64,000 nt of DNA from the IMG/VR virus record IMGVR_UViG_3300042889_002336; one strand, 5' to 3'. Source of the stretch: an uncultured virus (IMG/VR IMGVR_UViG_3300042889_002336) (Duplodnaviria > Heunggongvirae > Uroviricota > Caudoviricetes). Below the pieces are notes generated by a model, which saw only the letters and a program-made list of their open reading frames with translations, made no database searches and was not told the DNA's origin. Below are positions 7,613-19,242 of the stretch, one piece after another. The translations under genes and the position numbers were made by a program. The stretch's first letter is position 1. Each line of letters begins with the position of its first letter.

Positions 7613-10600
7613 TACTTATCGAATTCTGTTATTAATTTCTCAATATCTTTTCTTTCAGCAAATACTGTATAGAAGCAGTTTATTTCATTTTCTGATCCTA
7701 CCGTAATAGTAGTGTCTGTTACCGTTTCTACCCATAGGTCTTGTCTTTTACCTATTGGTGTTAGGTTCACTGTAATTGTATCTTCATGTACAAGTCCTGT
7801 CCAGTGGTCTGGAAGTGTAATTGTATTGTTGTTTGTTAATTTTCCTCTTACGTAAACTGAATGTTCTGGTCCCTCTAATACTCCGTATTGAAGTTTTTTA
7901 CCTTCTTTGGTTGGGTGATCAATGATGAACGATTTTACAGTTGCTGTAAGTGTTCCTGTTATGTTTGTATTTCCGTTTACATCTAGTTTATATCCTGGTG
8001 ATGTTGTTCCAATACCTACGTTACCGCCATTTGGATTTAAAGATAAGTTATAATTTATAGCGTGATTACCTTTATTTGTAGCCTGTAGCCATGCATACGT
8101 TGCAGGACCCGATACCCCAATATGCATACCCATGTCTAGAGCTTCACCCCATCCTTCTGTACTGGCTGGATCTACTCTAAAGATTCCGTTTTGAGTTGTA
8201 CCTGAAGTTGCAGGTTGACCTTCATCTCCTCTAACATGAAGTTTTTGAGAAGGGGAAGATTCTCCTATACCTACGTTACCGTTGTTCTTGATAATCATTT
8301 TGGTAGTTCCTGCTGTATTAGCTCCTCCCGTACCAAAGTCTATGTCAGGAGAACTTACTGCAGAACCTAGATTCATGTAAGTTGTACCGTAACTGCTATT
8401 CAATATTGTCCAACCTGAACCATTCCATAGCTGGTTCATACATAACATAGTGTCAGGTGATACAGCTGTACCGTACGTACCCCATCTAAATGCTGCTCCT
8501 ACGGATGCGTTTTGTTGAAAATGTGCTAATCCGCCAACTACATCTAACTTGTTTGTTGGGTTATTTGTTCCAATACCTACGTTACCTGCCGAAGTAATAC
8601 GCATCTTCTCCGTAATAGAAGAGTTGGTATTAGTTGTTCCTAATATTAAAGCTCCATTCCAACTGCTAGCACTTCCTTCTTTTATACCTTGAATTTTTCC
8701 AAAAACATATGGAGTAGTTCCTGTTGTTGTATTTGTTCCTCCTAATGCTATAGATCCCCCTATATCAGCCGCTGCTGTATTAGTTGTAAATACATTGATG
8801 TTTCCGTAACTATCAAATATTTCGTTTGTGTCTGCAACGTGTAATTTAGCAGTTGGACTTGTAGTTCCAATACCTACATTACCGTCTTCTGCAATTGTTA
8901 ACTTAGCATCTGCAAGGGTAGCGTTATTTGCATCTCCTTGAGGTCCGTTTAGTATATGTATTTTTCCTTGAGCGTTATTTGCTGTGAGGTCTGTTCTTTC
9001 AAATACTATTGCAGATTTTCTATATAAGTTGTTAGATTCTCTATATCCAAAATGAATACCTGCAAATTGACCAACACCTATTGAATTAACACCAACAGAA
9101 ACAAAATTATTACCGTCTGAGATTACTTCTAATGGTCTTTGAGGGCTGCTTGTTCCAATACCTAACCTTCCATTACTGTTATCCCAAAAGAAATTCGCAT
9201 TTGAAGATTGAGAAGTTGTTCCTGTCCAAAAAGCTACTCGTCCATTTGCTCCTGTTCCTGTTACTGGATTTGTAAGTGCTAATTGGAAAGCACTTGCATG
9301 ATTTCCATCTAATAAATCTGCATCTAATCCTGATGAAGCTCCGTCATTTCCTGCATGCCAATACTTATCTCCTGAATTGTCTGATGATCCTTTCCATAGA
9401 TCTCCATCTGAACCCATCCAAGCAACAATTCCTGATGCTCCGTTACCGAACCCTGTTCCTGTTGTTCCTGCGTAGTAGTTTAAGTATATTCCATTATTGC
9501 TGTTTGCAGCGTCTAGGTGTATGTTACCATCTGTTGTAACAATACTTGCCATTTCAGTTCCTGTAGCAGTTCTGCCATTTCCTCCTATTCTTAGAGAAGA
9601 TCCCCAACTTGAGTTTGGTCCAAATGTTATATGGTTATCTGCTCCGGTAGTTAGGTTTCCTGTAAATACGTCATCTGCATCACTTCTTATAAAAGAAGCA
9701 GCGTGTAATGAGTCTACTGTATCTGCATTGGTAGCTGTTGCAGCATTTCCTGATAAAGCTCCTATAAAAGTCGTAGCTGAAATATCACCTATGATTTCTG
9801 TGTTACTTATGGCAGGTAAGCTGTTTGAAGCCCATGAAGTAGATGATAAATTTAATGTCTGAGTGCAGTATCCGTCAAATAGAACTACTGGGGAGTTTGT
9901 ATTCTCTGACCATACATATACTCCTACCCATCCGTCTACTACTTCTATATCTCCTATTCTTAAACTATTTCTTGCTGCTCCTACTGCTGCTGATTGTCTT
10001 GTCTGTCCTGAATCTATTGTGGTACTGTTATTTGATGTATATACACCAAACTCTATTTCAAGAACTCCCATAATAGCTGCCCAGTTCCAGGCACCTCCTA
10101 CTCGAATTCTACCTCCCATAAAACAAGCTCCTTGTGAGGTTTGGTATAATCTTACAAACCATCTACCGCCACCTGCATTTGCACTTGGTGATGGTAGGGC
10201 TATTTGCCTAATGTAGTGATTTCCGTTTAATAGAAGATTGTTTGCAATTGAAGCATTTGGTGTACCTAATGTTGTTCCGTCAAATGTTAAATTTGCTTCA
10301 CCATCAACTGTTGAACCTCCTGTAGCTGTTAATACTCTATTATCTGTATTTCCATTTATAGATAAGGTTGGTCCTGTTGCACCTGTTACTCCTACTGGTC
10401 CAGTAGCACCACTAACACCTATTACACCTGTTGCACCTGATACTCCGATTACCCCAGTAGCCCCAGATACACCTGTTGGCCCTACTACTCCTGTTGCCCC
10501 GCTTACTCCAGTCGGACCTGTTAAACCAGTTGCCCCAGATACTCCGATTACACCGGTAGCACCGCTTACTCCTGTTGGCCCTACTACTCCTGTTGCTCCG

Positions 10601-13600
10601 CTTACCCCTGTTGGTCCGGTAAGACCAGTAGCACCTGATACTCCGATTACTCCTGTTGCTCCTGATACACCTGTTGGACCTGTTAAACCAGTTGCACCAC
10701 TTACTCCGATTACCCCAGTTGCACCGCTTACTCCTATTACTCCTGTAGCTCCTTGAGGTCCTGTAGCACCTTGAATACCGGTAGCTCCAGCCACTGTTGG
10801 TGTTTGAGCAAACATAGCATAAGAAGCAGTTCCAAATAATGAACCTGTTATACTTCCTTGTACTTTTATTGATCCTGTAACATTCATTACATCATCTGAT
10901 GAATCACCAAATTTTGTTGAACCTGATTGGTATATAATAGAAGATGATACAAATTCTGTATGGAATTCTTCTGCTGTTATTTTTCCTGTTACTGTAAGTG
11001 ATCCTGTTATGATTGCATTACCGTTTACATCTAGTTTTGCATTTGGAGTTGTTGTTCCAATACCTACGTTACCTGACGAGCTTATCATCATTCTTGTGGT
11101 AGTTCCTCCTGTTGCAAATTCTAAATTTCCACCACTATCAGTAACGTTTGTGTTAGAACCTATAAATGCGAAGACATTATTACCACTATTTGCCCACTGT
11201 ACTGATCCGTTTGTTGTACTATCAGTTGTCTGTAATCTTACAATAGGTGCTGTGGCTGCTGCTTTAGCTATATGAAGTGCCGTGGAAGGGCCTGTTGTTC
11301 CAATACCTACGTTACCTGCTGAGGTAATTATTGCTTTTTCTGATCCGTTTGTTTTGAAATTTATATTATTTGAAGAAACCCATATCTGATTGTCAGTTGT
11401 ATTACCTAAGTCAATTGTTGGTGTCTGTATTCTTAATGATCCATTTATGTCTAAAGCCCTAAACGGTGTTGTTGTTCCAATACCTACGTTACCTGAAGAG
11501 TCAATACGCATTCTTTCGGTTAAAACATTACTTGTATTGGCATTATAAAAACGTAATTCGCTTCCGTTTGCACTACTAGCAACATCCGTTGCTTCTATTC
11601 TTGCTCTATTTTCTTGTGAAAATCCTAAAAAATTTAATTGTGTTAATTCTGGATTTGCTGTTGTTCCAGCATTTGAATTTGATATACTTATTGAAGTTGT
11701 TCCACTACCTAAAACATTAAGTTTTGAAATAGGACTTGTCGTTCCAATACCAACATTTGTACCGTTGTCAAATATTAAAGAGTTTCCAATGGCTGTACCA
11801 CTTGTAAATTTAGCAACATAATTTGTTGTACCACTTACTCCTGGTCCTGTGGCTCCAGTAACCCCTGTTGGACCTGTTAATCCTGTTGCTCCACTAACAC
11901 CAATTACTCCGGTTGCACCTGTTACTCCTATTGGACCTGTTGCTCCTTGAATACCAGTCGGTCCTGTTAAACCTGTTGCTCCTGATACACCAACTACTCC
12001 TGTAGCTCCGCTAACACCTACTGCTCCTGTTGGTCCAGTCAATCCTGTAGCTCCGCTTACTCCAATTACCCCTGTTGCACCTGATACTCCGGTTGGACCT
12101 GTAAGTCCTGTTGCTCCTGATACTCCAATTGGACCGGTTGCTCCTTGAATACCGGTTGGTCCTGTTAGTCCTGTAGCTCCTTGTGGACCTGTAGGTCCGG
12201 TTGCACCGGTTACCCCTGCTATTCCAGAAACTGTAATTACATTACCACTTGAATCTGTTGCTAGATATGCTGCTGCTGTTCCTGGAAATGCTGCTGTGCT
12301 GTTGTAAGCCGGCATTGCCATTTGCTTACTATGCATACTCCACCAAGCTACTTCTGCATCACTTCCAGCGTTTGTACCTCTTAGTATTCTAAGTCTGTTT
12401 TGATAAAGATCAAACATTGACGCAGATGTATAAGTACCTCCTGAAGCATTAAATCCTAATTGACCTCCTTCTCCTGCTGTATCTCTAGCTCCTAAAGTTA
12501 AAGTATTTTCACTTGGTCCTAAAGAACTTGATCCTATTACTGCAGAACCTGTTATAATTGTATTTCCGTTTACATTTAAAGAACTTCCATTAAATGTTAA
12601 ATTTGCTTCACCATTTACTGTTGAACCGCCTGTTGCTGTAAGTATGTAATTATCTGTATTGTTTACTACTGCTAGAGTAGCTCCTGTTGCACCTGTAAGA
12701 CCTGTTGCTCCACTTACTCCGACTACTCCCGTAGCTCCACTTACTCCTGTTGGACCTGTTAATCCTGTTGCCCCAGATACTCCGATGACTCCAGTTGGAC
12801 CTGTAAGTCCTGTTGGTCCAGTCAATCCTGTAGCTCCTGATACACCTACTACTCCTGTAGCACCTTGAGGTCCAGTTGCTCCTGTTGCCCCTGCTACTGT
12901 TGGTGTTTGTGCAAATAAAGCGTATGAAGCTGTTCCTTGTAAAGAACCTGTTATTCCTGCTGTTACTATTAAAGATCCTGTTACTTGTGTAGTACTGTTT
13001 ATTGATACAACTGATCCATTATCTGATATATTACTATCATTTAGATGTTCTATACCTGTTCCTTTTGGTATTCTGTTTGCTGTTAGGTATGTTTCATTAC
13101 CTAAATTATTATATGTTTCTGGTCCTAATAGGAAAACAGATGATGTTATTGCACCGGCTGATGTTCCTTTATGTACAAATATAAATTCATCTTGAAGTGA
13201 ATCATATAGGAATGAACCAGATACTGTTGGTGATGATCCTGAATCAATTACTGCTAATCCTCCAAATCTTGTAGAAGGATTGAAGGTGTTTACTGTAATT
13301 AAATTTGTACCAATATTAAGTGTTGATTCTGAAATATATTGAATAGATGCAGATCCTAATACTGTTATATTATTTGTTATAGTAAGTGATCCGGTTATTG
13401 TTCCTCCTGTTAGAGGAAGATAGTTTGGAGCCAGTGAAGCTGTTAAAGCATGTGATGCTGTTGTAGCTGTTGTTGCGTTTCCTGTTAATGGTCCTACAAA
13501 AGAAGTTGCATTTAAAGATCCTGTTAACCCGTAAGATCCGGTTAATTGTCTAGAATTAATCCAAACACTTCCACTTTTTACTAATAAATCTCCATATGAT

Positions 13601-14202
13601 GAAGTTGTTGTAGTGTCTACTACATCATGTAATTCTCCTAATTCATATCCATTATCAATACGGACATACATTGAACCATTATTAGTCTGTACTCTTAGTA
13701 CTTGCCCTAATCTTACAGCATGTAATGGTGCTACGGGTGCTGTTCCTATTATAGATCCAGCTGCTCCTAAATAAAGTAATTGTCCTGCTGAGAATGCATT
13801 TGTGTTTATTCCTATTAAGGTACCTTCAGTTATTACATATCCAAAGCTATCATTAGGGATATCTTGATTGGTAATACCTAAAGTGTTAGCTGAAACTGGA
13901 TCACTTTCATATGAGGCTGTTGATATTAAAGCATTATCACCTGTTGCTCCTGATATTCTTACTACTTTTCCTTTGTTGATTTGAGCTCCAGTTACATTTT
14001 TAACATATATTAAAATGTCTTGAGCATTTTGAGAATTAGATGCTGTTAATGCAAAATTTGCATATGAAGCTGTTACAGCATTTGAAGCAGAAACTGCCCA
14101 TGAAGCAGTTCCGAATAAAGAACTTGTTATTCCGTTTGAAACGGTAAGAGAGTTTAAAGCAGCATCTGAGCCGCTAATTATGACTTTTTTCCAACTTGGC
14201 AT
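7612..14202 (-). CDS. Giant tail fibre with collagen-like (Gly-X-Y) segments and GNVGIGT modules
   Basis: 2196 aa; three G-A/P/V/L-T/S triplet runs; at least 9 G(N/R)(V/L)GIG modules; C-terminal KSFIIDHP...L.YG.LEGPE..VY.RG domain. Confidence 0.85.
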   Translation of the reverse strand: MPSWKKVIISGSDAALNSLTVSNGITSSLFGTASWAVSASNAVTASYANFALTASNSQNAQDILIYVKNVTGAQINKGKVVRISGATGDNALISTASYESDPVSANTLGITNQDIPNDSFGYVITEGTLIGINTNAFSAGQLLYLGAAGSIIGTAPVAPLHAVRLGQVLRVQTNNGSMYVRIDNGYELGELHDVVDTTTTSSYGDLLVKSGSVWINSRQLTGSYGLTGSLNATSFVGPLTGNATTATTASHALTASLAPNYLPLTGGTITGSLTITNNITVLGSASIQYISESTLNIGTNLITVNTFNPSTRFGGLAVIDSGSSPTVSGSFLYDSLQDEFIFVHKGTSAGAITSSVFLLGPETYNNLGNETYLTANRIPKGTGIEHLNDSNISDNGSVVSINSTTQVTGSLIVTAGITGSLQGTASYALFAQTPTVAGATGATGPQGATGVVGVSGATGLTGPTGLTGPTGVIGVSGATGLTGPTGVSGATGVVGVSGATGLTGATGATLAVVNNTDNYILTATGGSTVNGEANLTFNGSSLNVNGNTIITGSAVIGSSSLGPSENTLTLGARDTAGEGGQLGFNASGGTYTSASMFDLYQNRLRILRGTNAGSDAEVAWWSMHSKQMAMPAYNSTAAFPGTAAAYLATDSSGNVITVSGIAGVTGATGPTGPQGATGLTGPTGIQGATGPIGVSGATGLTGPTGVSGATGVIGVSGATGLTGPTGAVGVSGATGVVGVSGATGLTGPTGIQGATGPIGVTGATGVIGVSGATGLTGPTGVTGATGPGVSGTTNYVAKFTSGTAIGNSLIFDNGTNVGIGTTSPISKLNVLGSGTTSISISNSNAGTTANPELTQLNFLGFSQENRARIEATDVASSANGSELRFYNANTSNVLTERMRIDSSGNVGIGTTTPFRALDINGSLRIQTPTIDLGNTTDNQIWVSSNNINFKTNGSEKAIITSAGNVGIGTTGPSTALHIAKAAATAPIVRLQTTDSTTNGSVQWANSGNNVFAFIGSNTNVTDSGGNLEFATGGTTTRMMISSSGNVGIGTTTPNAKLDVNGNAIITGSLTVTGKITAEEFHTEFVSSSIIYQSGSTKFGDSSDDVMNVTGSIKVQGSITGSLFGTASYAMFAQTPTVAGATGIQGATGPQGATGVIGVSGATGVIGVSGATGLTGPTGVSGATGVIGVSGATGLTGPTGVSGATGVVGPTGVSGATGVIGVSGATGLTGPTGVSGATGVVGPTGVSGATGVIGVSGATGVIGVSGATGPVGVTGATGPTLSINGNTDNRVLTATGGSTVDGEANLTFDGTTLGTPNASIANNLLLNGNHYIRQIALPSPSANAGGGRWFVRLYQTSQGACFMGGRIRVGGAWNWAAIMGVLEIEFGVYTSNNSTTIDSGQTRQSAAVGAARNSLRIGDIEVVDGWVGVYVWSENTNSPVVLFDGYCTQTLNLSSTSWASNSLPAISNTEIIGDISATTFIGALSGNAATATNADTVDSLHAASFIRSDADDVFTGNLTTGADNHITFGPNSSWGSSLRIGGNGRTATGTEMASIVTTDGNIHLDAANSNNGIYLNYYAGTTGTGFGNGASGIVAWMGSDGDLWKGSSDNSGDKYWHAGNDGASSGLDADLLDGNHASAFQLALTNPVTGTGANGRVAFWTGTTSQSSNANFFWDNSNGRLGIGTSSPQRPLEVISDGNNFVSVGVNSIGVGQFAGIHFGYRESNNLYRKSAIVFERTDLTANNAQGKIHILNGPQGDANNATLADAKLTIAEDGNVGIGTTSPTAKLHVADTNEIFDSYGNINVFTTNTAAADIGGSIALGGTNTTTGTTPYVFGKIQGIKEGSASSWNGALILGTTNTNSSITEKMRITSAGNVGIGTNNPTNKLDVVGGLAHFQQNASVGAAFRWGTYGTAVSPDTMLCMNQLWNGSGWTILNSSYGTTYMNLGSAVSSPDIDFGTGGANTAGTTKMIIKNNGNVGIGESSPSQKLHVRGDEGQPATSGTTQNGIFRVDPASTEGWGEALDMGMHIGVSGPATYAWLQATNKGNHAINYNLSLNPNGGNVGIGTTSPGYKLDVNGNTNITGTLTATVKSFIIDHPTKEGKKLQYGVLEGPEHSVYVRGKLTNNNTITLPDHWTGLVHEDTITVNLTPIGKRQDLWVETVTDTTITVGSENEINCFYTVFAERKDIEKLITEFDK
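8006..11493. repeat. Dispersed exact 20-mer GTTCCAATACCTACGTTACC within the fibre gene
   Basis: Exact copies at 8006, 8567, 11054, 11297, 11474; one-mismatch copy at 8864. Confidence 0.85.
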
Positions 14203-14211
14203 ATTAAGTAG

Positions 14212-14266
14212 TATTATGATTGGTTACAGATTCGTGTCTGCCCACTTCCTTCTCAGGTCTATAATA
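14212..14266 (-). promoter_or_regulatory. Structured 5' leader (three-way junction) of the giant fibre gene
   Basis: UAUUAU(A)GA..UCAUAAUA outer stem enclosing CCU-GAGA-AGG and UGG-GCAGA-CACGAA-UCUGU-AA-CCA; GC-rich island in an AT-rich spacer. Confidence 0.5.
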
Positions 14267-14281
14267 TATAATATAAATATC

Positions 14282-14506
14282 TTAAGATTCTGCTTTAGCA
14301 GTTTTTTCTATTTTACGAATACCTGCTTGTTTTTTCTTTTCTTCTTCTTGAATCATGGTACGGATTTGAGAAATCTCTTGATCAAGTTTTACTTGAAGGG
14401 TAGCTACAAAGATAGCCGAACTGCCTTTTATTTCAATTACGTTAAGTGATTGTCTTAAGAGGTTTATTTCTTCTAGTGATAAATTTTCTATTGTAAATAC
14501 GTTCAT
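14282..14506 (-). CDS. Hypothetical protein
   Basis: 74 aa ORF, helical. Confidence 0.6.
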   Translation of the reverse strand: MNVFTIENLSLEEINLLRQSLNVIEIKGSSAIFVATLQVKLDQEISQIRTMIQEEEKKKQAGIRKIEKTAKAES

Positions 14507-14554
14507 ATGCTTTTCTTTTTAAGTTATGAGATTTTTTTTAAAGAATCAACTAAC

Positions 14555-14576
14555 AAAAAAGAGCCCTAAGGCTCTT
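14555..14576 (-). terminator. Intrinsic terminator
   Basis: AAGAGCC/GGCTCTT hairpin followed by a U-run on the minus strand. Confidence 0.65.
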
Positions 14577-14578
14577 GT

Positions 14579-14761
14579 TTATTTCTCTAATTTTTCTAAT
14601 TCTTTTGTTACTTTAACCCATATGTTGTAGAACGTTTCAAATTCATGTCCTGTATAGGTTGCCGATCTTAATTTTGAGAGTAAAAATTTATACTCTTCTG
14701 CTGTAAAACTGTTAACCTCTTCTTGTTTTGATGAAGGGTTAATCTTGTCCAATAATCCCAT
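14579..14761 (-). CDS. Hypothetical protein
   Basis: 60 aa ORF. Confidence 0.6.
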   Translation of the reverse strand: MGLLDKINPSSKQEEVNSFTAEEYKFLLSKLRSATYTGHEFETFYNIWVKVTKELEKLEK

Positions 14762-14784
14762 TATAACTTTTTTTAAAATTTATT

Positions 14785-15561
14785 TTATGAATAGATAAAA
14801 ATATCTCCTGATGTTGCTGTGTAAATTGCTCCTGCTGCTACAAACTCTCCTGATGTTGGAGCTGATACGTGTGCTGCTTCTGTGAATACGTATCCTGCAA
14901 ATGCACTATTTCCGTTTGTACCGATTGTGATTGCGTTATCTGTATCTACTAATCCGTTCTGGTATCCCCATCTGTCTGTTGCTGAATCATATCCAAAGGC
15001 AATATTACCTAATGCATCTGAACCTCTATCAATTATGATACCACCGTCTCCTGCTGATGCTGATCCTGATGCTAATATAATGAACTGGTCTTCTACTAAT
15101 AACTGTGTTGTATTTATTTGAGTAGTTGAACCATTTACAAATAAATCACCTGATACTGTTAAGTTGTTTCCAATTGTAACATCACTTGGTAACCCTATTG
15201 TAAGAGTTTGACCTGACATTGCTGTCTCAACCTCTAAAGAAGTACCTTGTATAGTAAATGTTTGAGTTTTTATATCAATTGCTCCATTACCTGTTGAACC
15301 AGATACGTTTAGAGTAGAAACTAATCCTGTTAAGTTTGCTCCATCTCCTGAGAATGATCCTGAAAAAGATCCTGAGAATCCTGCTGCTTGTACTTGCGAA
15401 GATCCTAAGTTTAATAAGGTTCCATTATAGGTAAGTCCACTGCTTTCTAAGGCACCGCCTGCACCTGCTATTACTAAATTGTCGTCAGTTAAGTTAGAGG
15501 CTGTTACATTTAGTAAATGTGCTGCCGAGCCACTAACTATGACCTTTTTCCAAGTTGCCAT
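14785..15561 (-). CDS. Fibre-like virion protein
   Basis: N-terminus MATWKKVIVSGS nearly identical to [12 protein letters not shown] of the giant fibre; FSGSFSGSFSG repeats. Confidence 0.7.
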   Translation of the reverse strand: MATWKKVIVSGSAAHLLNVTASNLTDDNLVIAGAGGALESSGLTYNGTLLNLGSSQVQAAGFSGSFSGSFSGDGANLTGLVSTLNVSGSTGNGAIDIKTQTFTIQGTSLEVETAMSGQTLTIGLPSDVTIGNNLTVSGDLFVNGSTTQINTTQLLVEDQFIILASGSASAGDGGIIIDRGSDALGNIAFGYDSATDRWGYQNGLVDTDNAITIGTNGNSAFAGYVFTEAAHVSAPTSGEFVAAGAIYTATSGDIFIYS

Positions 15562-15596
15562 ATTCTATTGTGTATTTGTTTTATTAATAAATATAC

Positions 15597-15959
15597 TTAA
15601 TTATTGAATCCCAAATAGAAAGCATCACTGGAGCTGTAAAAGATTCCTCCTGATACTGCTGTCGGTGTTACTGTTTGTGGTGTCAATTGTAAAGTACCTT
15701 CTGTGTTTACTTTTATTTTTTCCTGCCCTCCAACTGATACTGCAAAATATTGATCTACTCCATTAAGAGCAAGTTGAAAAGACCCTGTTATTCCTATATT
15801 TTCTGTCGTATTCCAGTAAGATCCTGTTTCTCTAAAAATACTTTGATTTATAGATAAGTCAATACCATTTAGTACAATAGCCCCTGTTACGTTAAACGAA
15901 CCTGTGTATAACGAACTTGTTAAATCTGTATCTAATTGTTTCCACTGTATTAATGCCAT
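15597..15959 (-). CDS. Small virion/fibre-associated protein
   Basis: 120 aa with TGS repeats shared with the fibre genes. Confidence 0.6.
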   Translation of the reverse strand: MALIQWKQLDTDLTSSLYTGSFNVTGAIVLNGIDLSINQSIFRETGSYWNTTENIGITGSFQLALNGVDQYFAVSVGGQEKIKVNTEGTLQLTPQTVTPTAVSGGIFYSSSDAFYLGFNN

Positions 15960-15963
15960 GTGC

Positions 15964-17181
15964 TTATATGAATTTTCCTACCAATACTACCTGATCTTGA
16001 CTATCGATTGGGTAACCTAACCCTACAAACGTAACTGTTATACTACCTCCTGACTCTCCTACTGTTCTTAAATCTGTAGAAATAAACTGTCCGTTTATAA
16101 ATACTTTAAAATCATCCTGAGTTATAGCGGCAAACCCTGTTGGCGGGGTTGCAAATACCTTACCTACAAATGTTGCTACTGTTGCAGTTTTTGTATCAGC
16201 TAATGCTGTTGTATTTAACCCTACGTACAGTATTTCTGCTGCTGTCATTCCTACTGATTTTGGAGAGGCCCCTGTTAAAGCTGTGTCGAAGAATCTAGAA
16301 GGTGCTTTTACTGTCGGTGTACTTGCTCTAGCATTTAATACCTCAGTTGATCCTGCAGTTTCTATTCCAAATTTTAATGCTGCTTTTGAGAAAAATTTAT
16401 TTGGATTCCCTACATTTGTATTTATTGCATCCGATACAATATACCCTGCTATCTTAATTTGAAAAGAAGTCTTTACTGTTCTATCTCCTCCTTCAACTAA
16501 CTCAGTTGTTGTTGTATAATTATCAATTGCTGCTCTAAATTTAAACCTTTCTGGATCTCCCCAGTATGAATCTGATGCAAAGTTTACTGATTCTATAATT
16601 TTATTCATTTGGTCTATATACTCTGTGAAAATCACACATGAATAAACCAGGTTTACATAATCCGGCATAATAACACCGTAATATTCCCTAACAGGTTCTC
16701 TATTATTTAAAGTAGAAAATCTATCATATACATTTTTTTGTGAATATTTTTTTTGGAATACTCCAAAATGTATAGGATTATTTGCATCCATCTTATTTCC
16801 AAGTGATCTATTTTTTTCAATAGAATCTCTTTTAACCATTATAAGAGGTGTTTGAATCTTACCGTTTTTATCTCTGTAAAATCCATCTTTTTGCATTGCT
16901 GCCCATCTTTCTGGTGAACTGTAAATAACTGGAACGTTTATTTTTGTACTGTTTTGAATTACTGATGGTCTAATTACATTATCGAAGTAATAAAATATAG
17001 ATGCATCTACATCTTTTAATCCTACTTGAAATTGTTTTACATCGTCATTCTTAACTGTTCTTTGATTCTCTCTTTTTTTATTTACAGGCACAGGAGCTTT
17101 CCCTTGACTTAAGTAAGGTGTGATTGTTTCTTGAGACAATTCTACTTGTGATTTAGGTACCGGTTTTCTTGTTAATGCCAT
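15964..17181 (-). CDS. Tail completion/terminator protein (T4 gp15-like)
   Basis: VPVIYSSPERW...P.I, later P....L.Y......DQMN.I.E.V; position after the neck genes. Confidence 0.55.
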   Translation of the reverse strand: MALTRKPVPKSQVELSQETITPYLSQGKAPVPVNKKRENQRTVKNDDVKQFQVGLKDVDASIFYYFDNVIRPSVIQNSTKINVPVIYSSPERWAAMQKDGFYRDKNGKIQTPLIMVKRDSIEKNRSLGNKMDANNPIHFGVFQKKYSQKNVYDRFSTLNNREPVREYYGVIMPDYVNLVYSCVIFTEYIDQMNKIIESVNFASDSYWGDPERFKFRAAIDNYTTTTELVEGGDRTVKTSFQIKIAGYIVSDAINTNVGNPNKFFSKAALKFGIETAGSTEVLNARASTPTVKAPSRFFDTALTGASPKSVGMTAAEILYVGLNTTALADTKTATVATFVGKVFATPPTGFAAITQDDFKVFINGQFISTDLRTVGESGGSITVTFVGLGYPIDSQDQVVLVGKFI

Positions 17182-17729
17182 TATAGTATTGTATTTGCTT
17201 CAGTAGTTGCTGTTGCGATTGAGTTTGGATCTACCGGTGTTGCTTCATATCTTGAAACAATTCCTACTTTATCTGCTCTTGTTAAATGGCATACACATAT
17301 AATAGAAAGTGTTCCTGCATAGTTTGGTCCGTAGTTGGTTAAGTTGTAATTCTCATCTCTACCTACAAATAGCTGGTTCTCTATGGTGTTATCTACTTCG
17401 TAGTAATCCTCTTGCCATTGTATAATATCGCCTACTTCAGGTACAGTATTTACATCTTTTAAATCTTCCCTTAAAAATCTAAAACTTGTAGTCCTTCCTC
17501 TATCAGGTCCGAAATCATCTACAGACATTCCTGGCTCTCCTCGATCTATAAGGCAGTTAACTTTAACTGGTGACCAAAAAACTTTTTCTTGTGCTTCTCC
17601 GTATATGTTTGCTTGAGTTTCTTCCAAAGATATTTTATAATAGAGAATTTCTTGCTCTATTACATCTGATAACAACTCTCTGTTTATCTTTATAAGTAAA
17701 TTAAAATCTCTTTGGCTTCCGAATATCAT
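17181..17729 (-). CDS. Neck/head-closure protein (T4 gp14-like)
   Basis: NIYGEA..K.F..PV, FG.D, PEVGDII.W...YYEV; synteny. Confidence 0.6.
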   Translation of the reverse strand: MIFGSQRDFNLLIKINRELLSDVIEQEILYYKISLEETQANIYGEAQEKVFWSPVKVNCLIDRGEPGMSVDDFGPDRGRTTSFRFLREDLKDVNTVPEVGDIIQWQEDYYEVDNTIENQLFVGRDENYNLTNYGPNYAGTLSIICVCHLTRADKVGIVSRYEATPVDPNSIATATTEANTIL

Positions 17730-18028
17730 TATTCTATTTTTTCAATTGATTTTAAAGATAAGTCTACCTTTTTAATATTTGGTACTAACTTAAATGTATC
17801 TTTTTTTAATTTTTCAAATACAACTGGACCTGGTTTACCGGTTAGTATTTTTACCTTTAGTACAACTATATTTCTATCTTCATCTGAATCAATAGCTGTT
17901 ACTCTTGTAACCCCTGGCATAGCTCTTACAAAATCTGCAACTTCTGAAGCTGTGATTTCATCTTTGTGTCCAACCCTGATAAGGCCTTGGTACATTCCAA
18001 AAGTCATTTCGTTTAATAGTTTACTCAT
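17729..18028 (-). CDS. Hypothetical protein
   Basis: 99 aa; starts MSKLLNE. Confidence 0.6.
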   Translation of the reverse strand: MSKLLNEMTFGMYQGLIRVGHKDEITASEVADFVRAMPGVTRVTAIDSDEDRNIVVLKVKILTGKPGPVVFEKLKKDTFKLVPNIKKVDLSLKSIEKIE

Positions 18029-19230
18029 TATCCTACGTATATTAACATCGGTACTTTATCTAAAGCATCGTTGATATATTGTGTTTGTGTTGCTTGTAAG
18101 GAAAGCTGATTTGTTAAAGATGCTGTTTGCATTGTTGCTTTTAGAGATTCCACTAAAGTAGCTTTCTCCGTTCTTGCATCTGCTAATAAATCTGCTGCAT
18201 TTAATCTAACTTCTGATCCCGGTACTGGTACTGTTTCGTATTTACCTCTAACATATGCTAAGATCTCTTTACAAGTAGCTGCAGCATATTTGAATATCCA
18301 CTGACGTCCTATTGCATTTATTTCAGAATATACTAAGTTTTGTGCATTAGCATTTGACATGTTAGTTGTTACTCCTGTCGTTGAACTACTTCCTCCTGTA
18401 CCTGTTATTGCTCCAGAAGAATTTGCAGATGCTGCAAAAGAAATAGTATCACTTATGTATTGATTTGTCTTTTCACTTAGAATATAGTACTGAACTTTTA
18501 ATTTTCCAGCTCTCATTGGTACTGGAAATAGAGTTAGTATATTGTTGTGAATTTCAAAGGAATATGCTGATTTTCTTATCTGATCATTAAATTCGATTGC
18601 TTGTGTTTTTAATACATCGTAAGATGCTGGCATCAATAAGAAGTTTACCCCTGGTGAAAATGATCCAAAGTCAAATGCATCCATAAGAGATTGAATACCT
18701 GTTCCTGTTCCAGCATATGGGTCAAAATATCTCATAATTGCAGGAGGTGCTTCGTAAAATACTTTTCGTATCTCAATTGCTCCTTGTCCTATTAAAGATG
18801 TAAGGTTGTAGTCTTGTTGGCCTGCTACAAGATCTATCATTGCTGTTCTTAGAGTAACTGGACCTCCGACTCCTGCTTCTGTACCATATTGTGCACTTGT
18901 TGCAATTACGTTTTGTAGACTAGGTCTAAAGATGGTCTGATTTACAGCTGAACCTCCAGCACTTCCTCCTAATTGAGAAGATAATGTCTCTGCAGTTATA
19001 GCTTCTATTACTTCTTTTCCGTAAGCAGTAACTGCTTCTTCAAAAGCTGCATAAAACTGTCTTTCGTGTAATTCTATATCTAGAACCGGCCATCCTAATT
19101 TTTCAGCACAGTAGCGTGCTACTTTAGGTGCATCTTCTTGGAAAGATAAGTCATCATCATAAAAGCCAAAGGGAGTTGATTCCCCTGCTATGAAGTTTGT
19201 ACTGCCATCCCAGATTTGAATATTTGCCAT
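18028..19230 (-). CDS. Neck/head-tail adaptor (T4 gp13-like)
   Basis: LGWPVLDIEL...Q....FEEA; WI.KYA.A..KE.L...RGKY..VP.PG..V.LN. Confidence 0.72.
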   Translation of the reverse strand: MANIQIWDGSTNFIAGESTPFGFYDDDLSFQEDAPKVARYCAEKLGWPVLDIELHERQFYAAFEEAVTAYGKEVIEAITAETLSSQLGGSAGGSAVNQTIFRPSLQNVIATSAQYGTEAGVGGPVTLRTAMIDLVAGQQDYNLTSLIGQGAIEIRKVFYEAPPAIMRYFDPYAGTGTGIQSLMDAFDFGSFSPGVNFLLMPASYDVLKTQAIEFNDQIRKSAYSFEIHNNILTLFPVPMRAGKLKVQYYILSEKTNQYISDTISFAASANSSGAITGTGGSSSTTGVTTNMSNANAQNLVYSEINAIGRQWIFKYAAATCKEILAYVRGKYETVPVPGSEVRLNAADLLADARTEKATLVESLKATMQTASLTNQLSLQATQTQYINDALDKVPMLIYVG

Positions 19231-19242
19231 GTTTTAAAAAGT

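Noticed and set aside
8006..12895. CRISPR array or DGR template/variable repeats suggested by the 20-mers and collagen repeats
   Set aside because: Spacing is irregular and long, the repeats are in-frame coding motifs, there is no adenine-specific mismatch pattern, and no cas or reverse transcriptase gene is present in the window.
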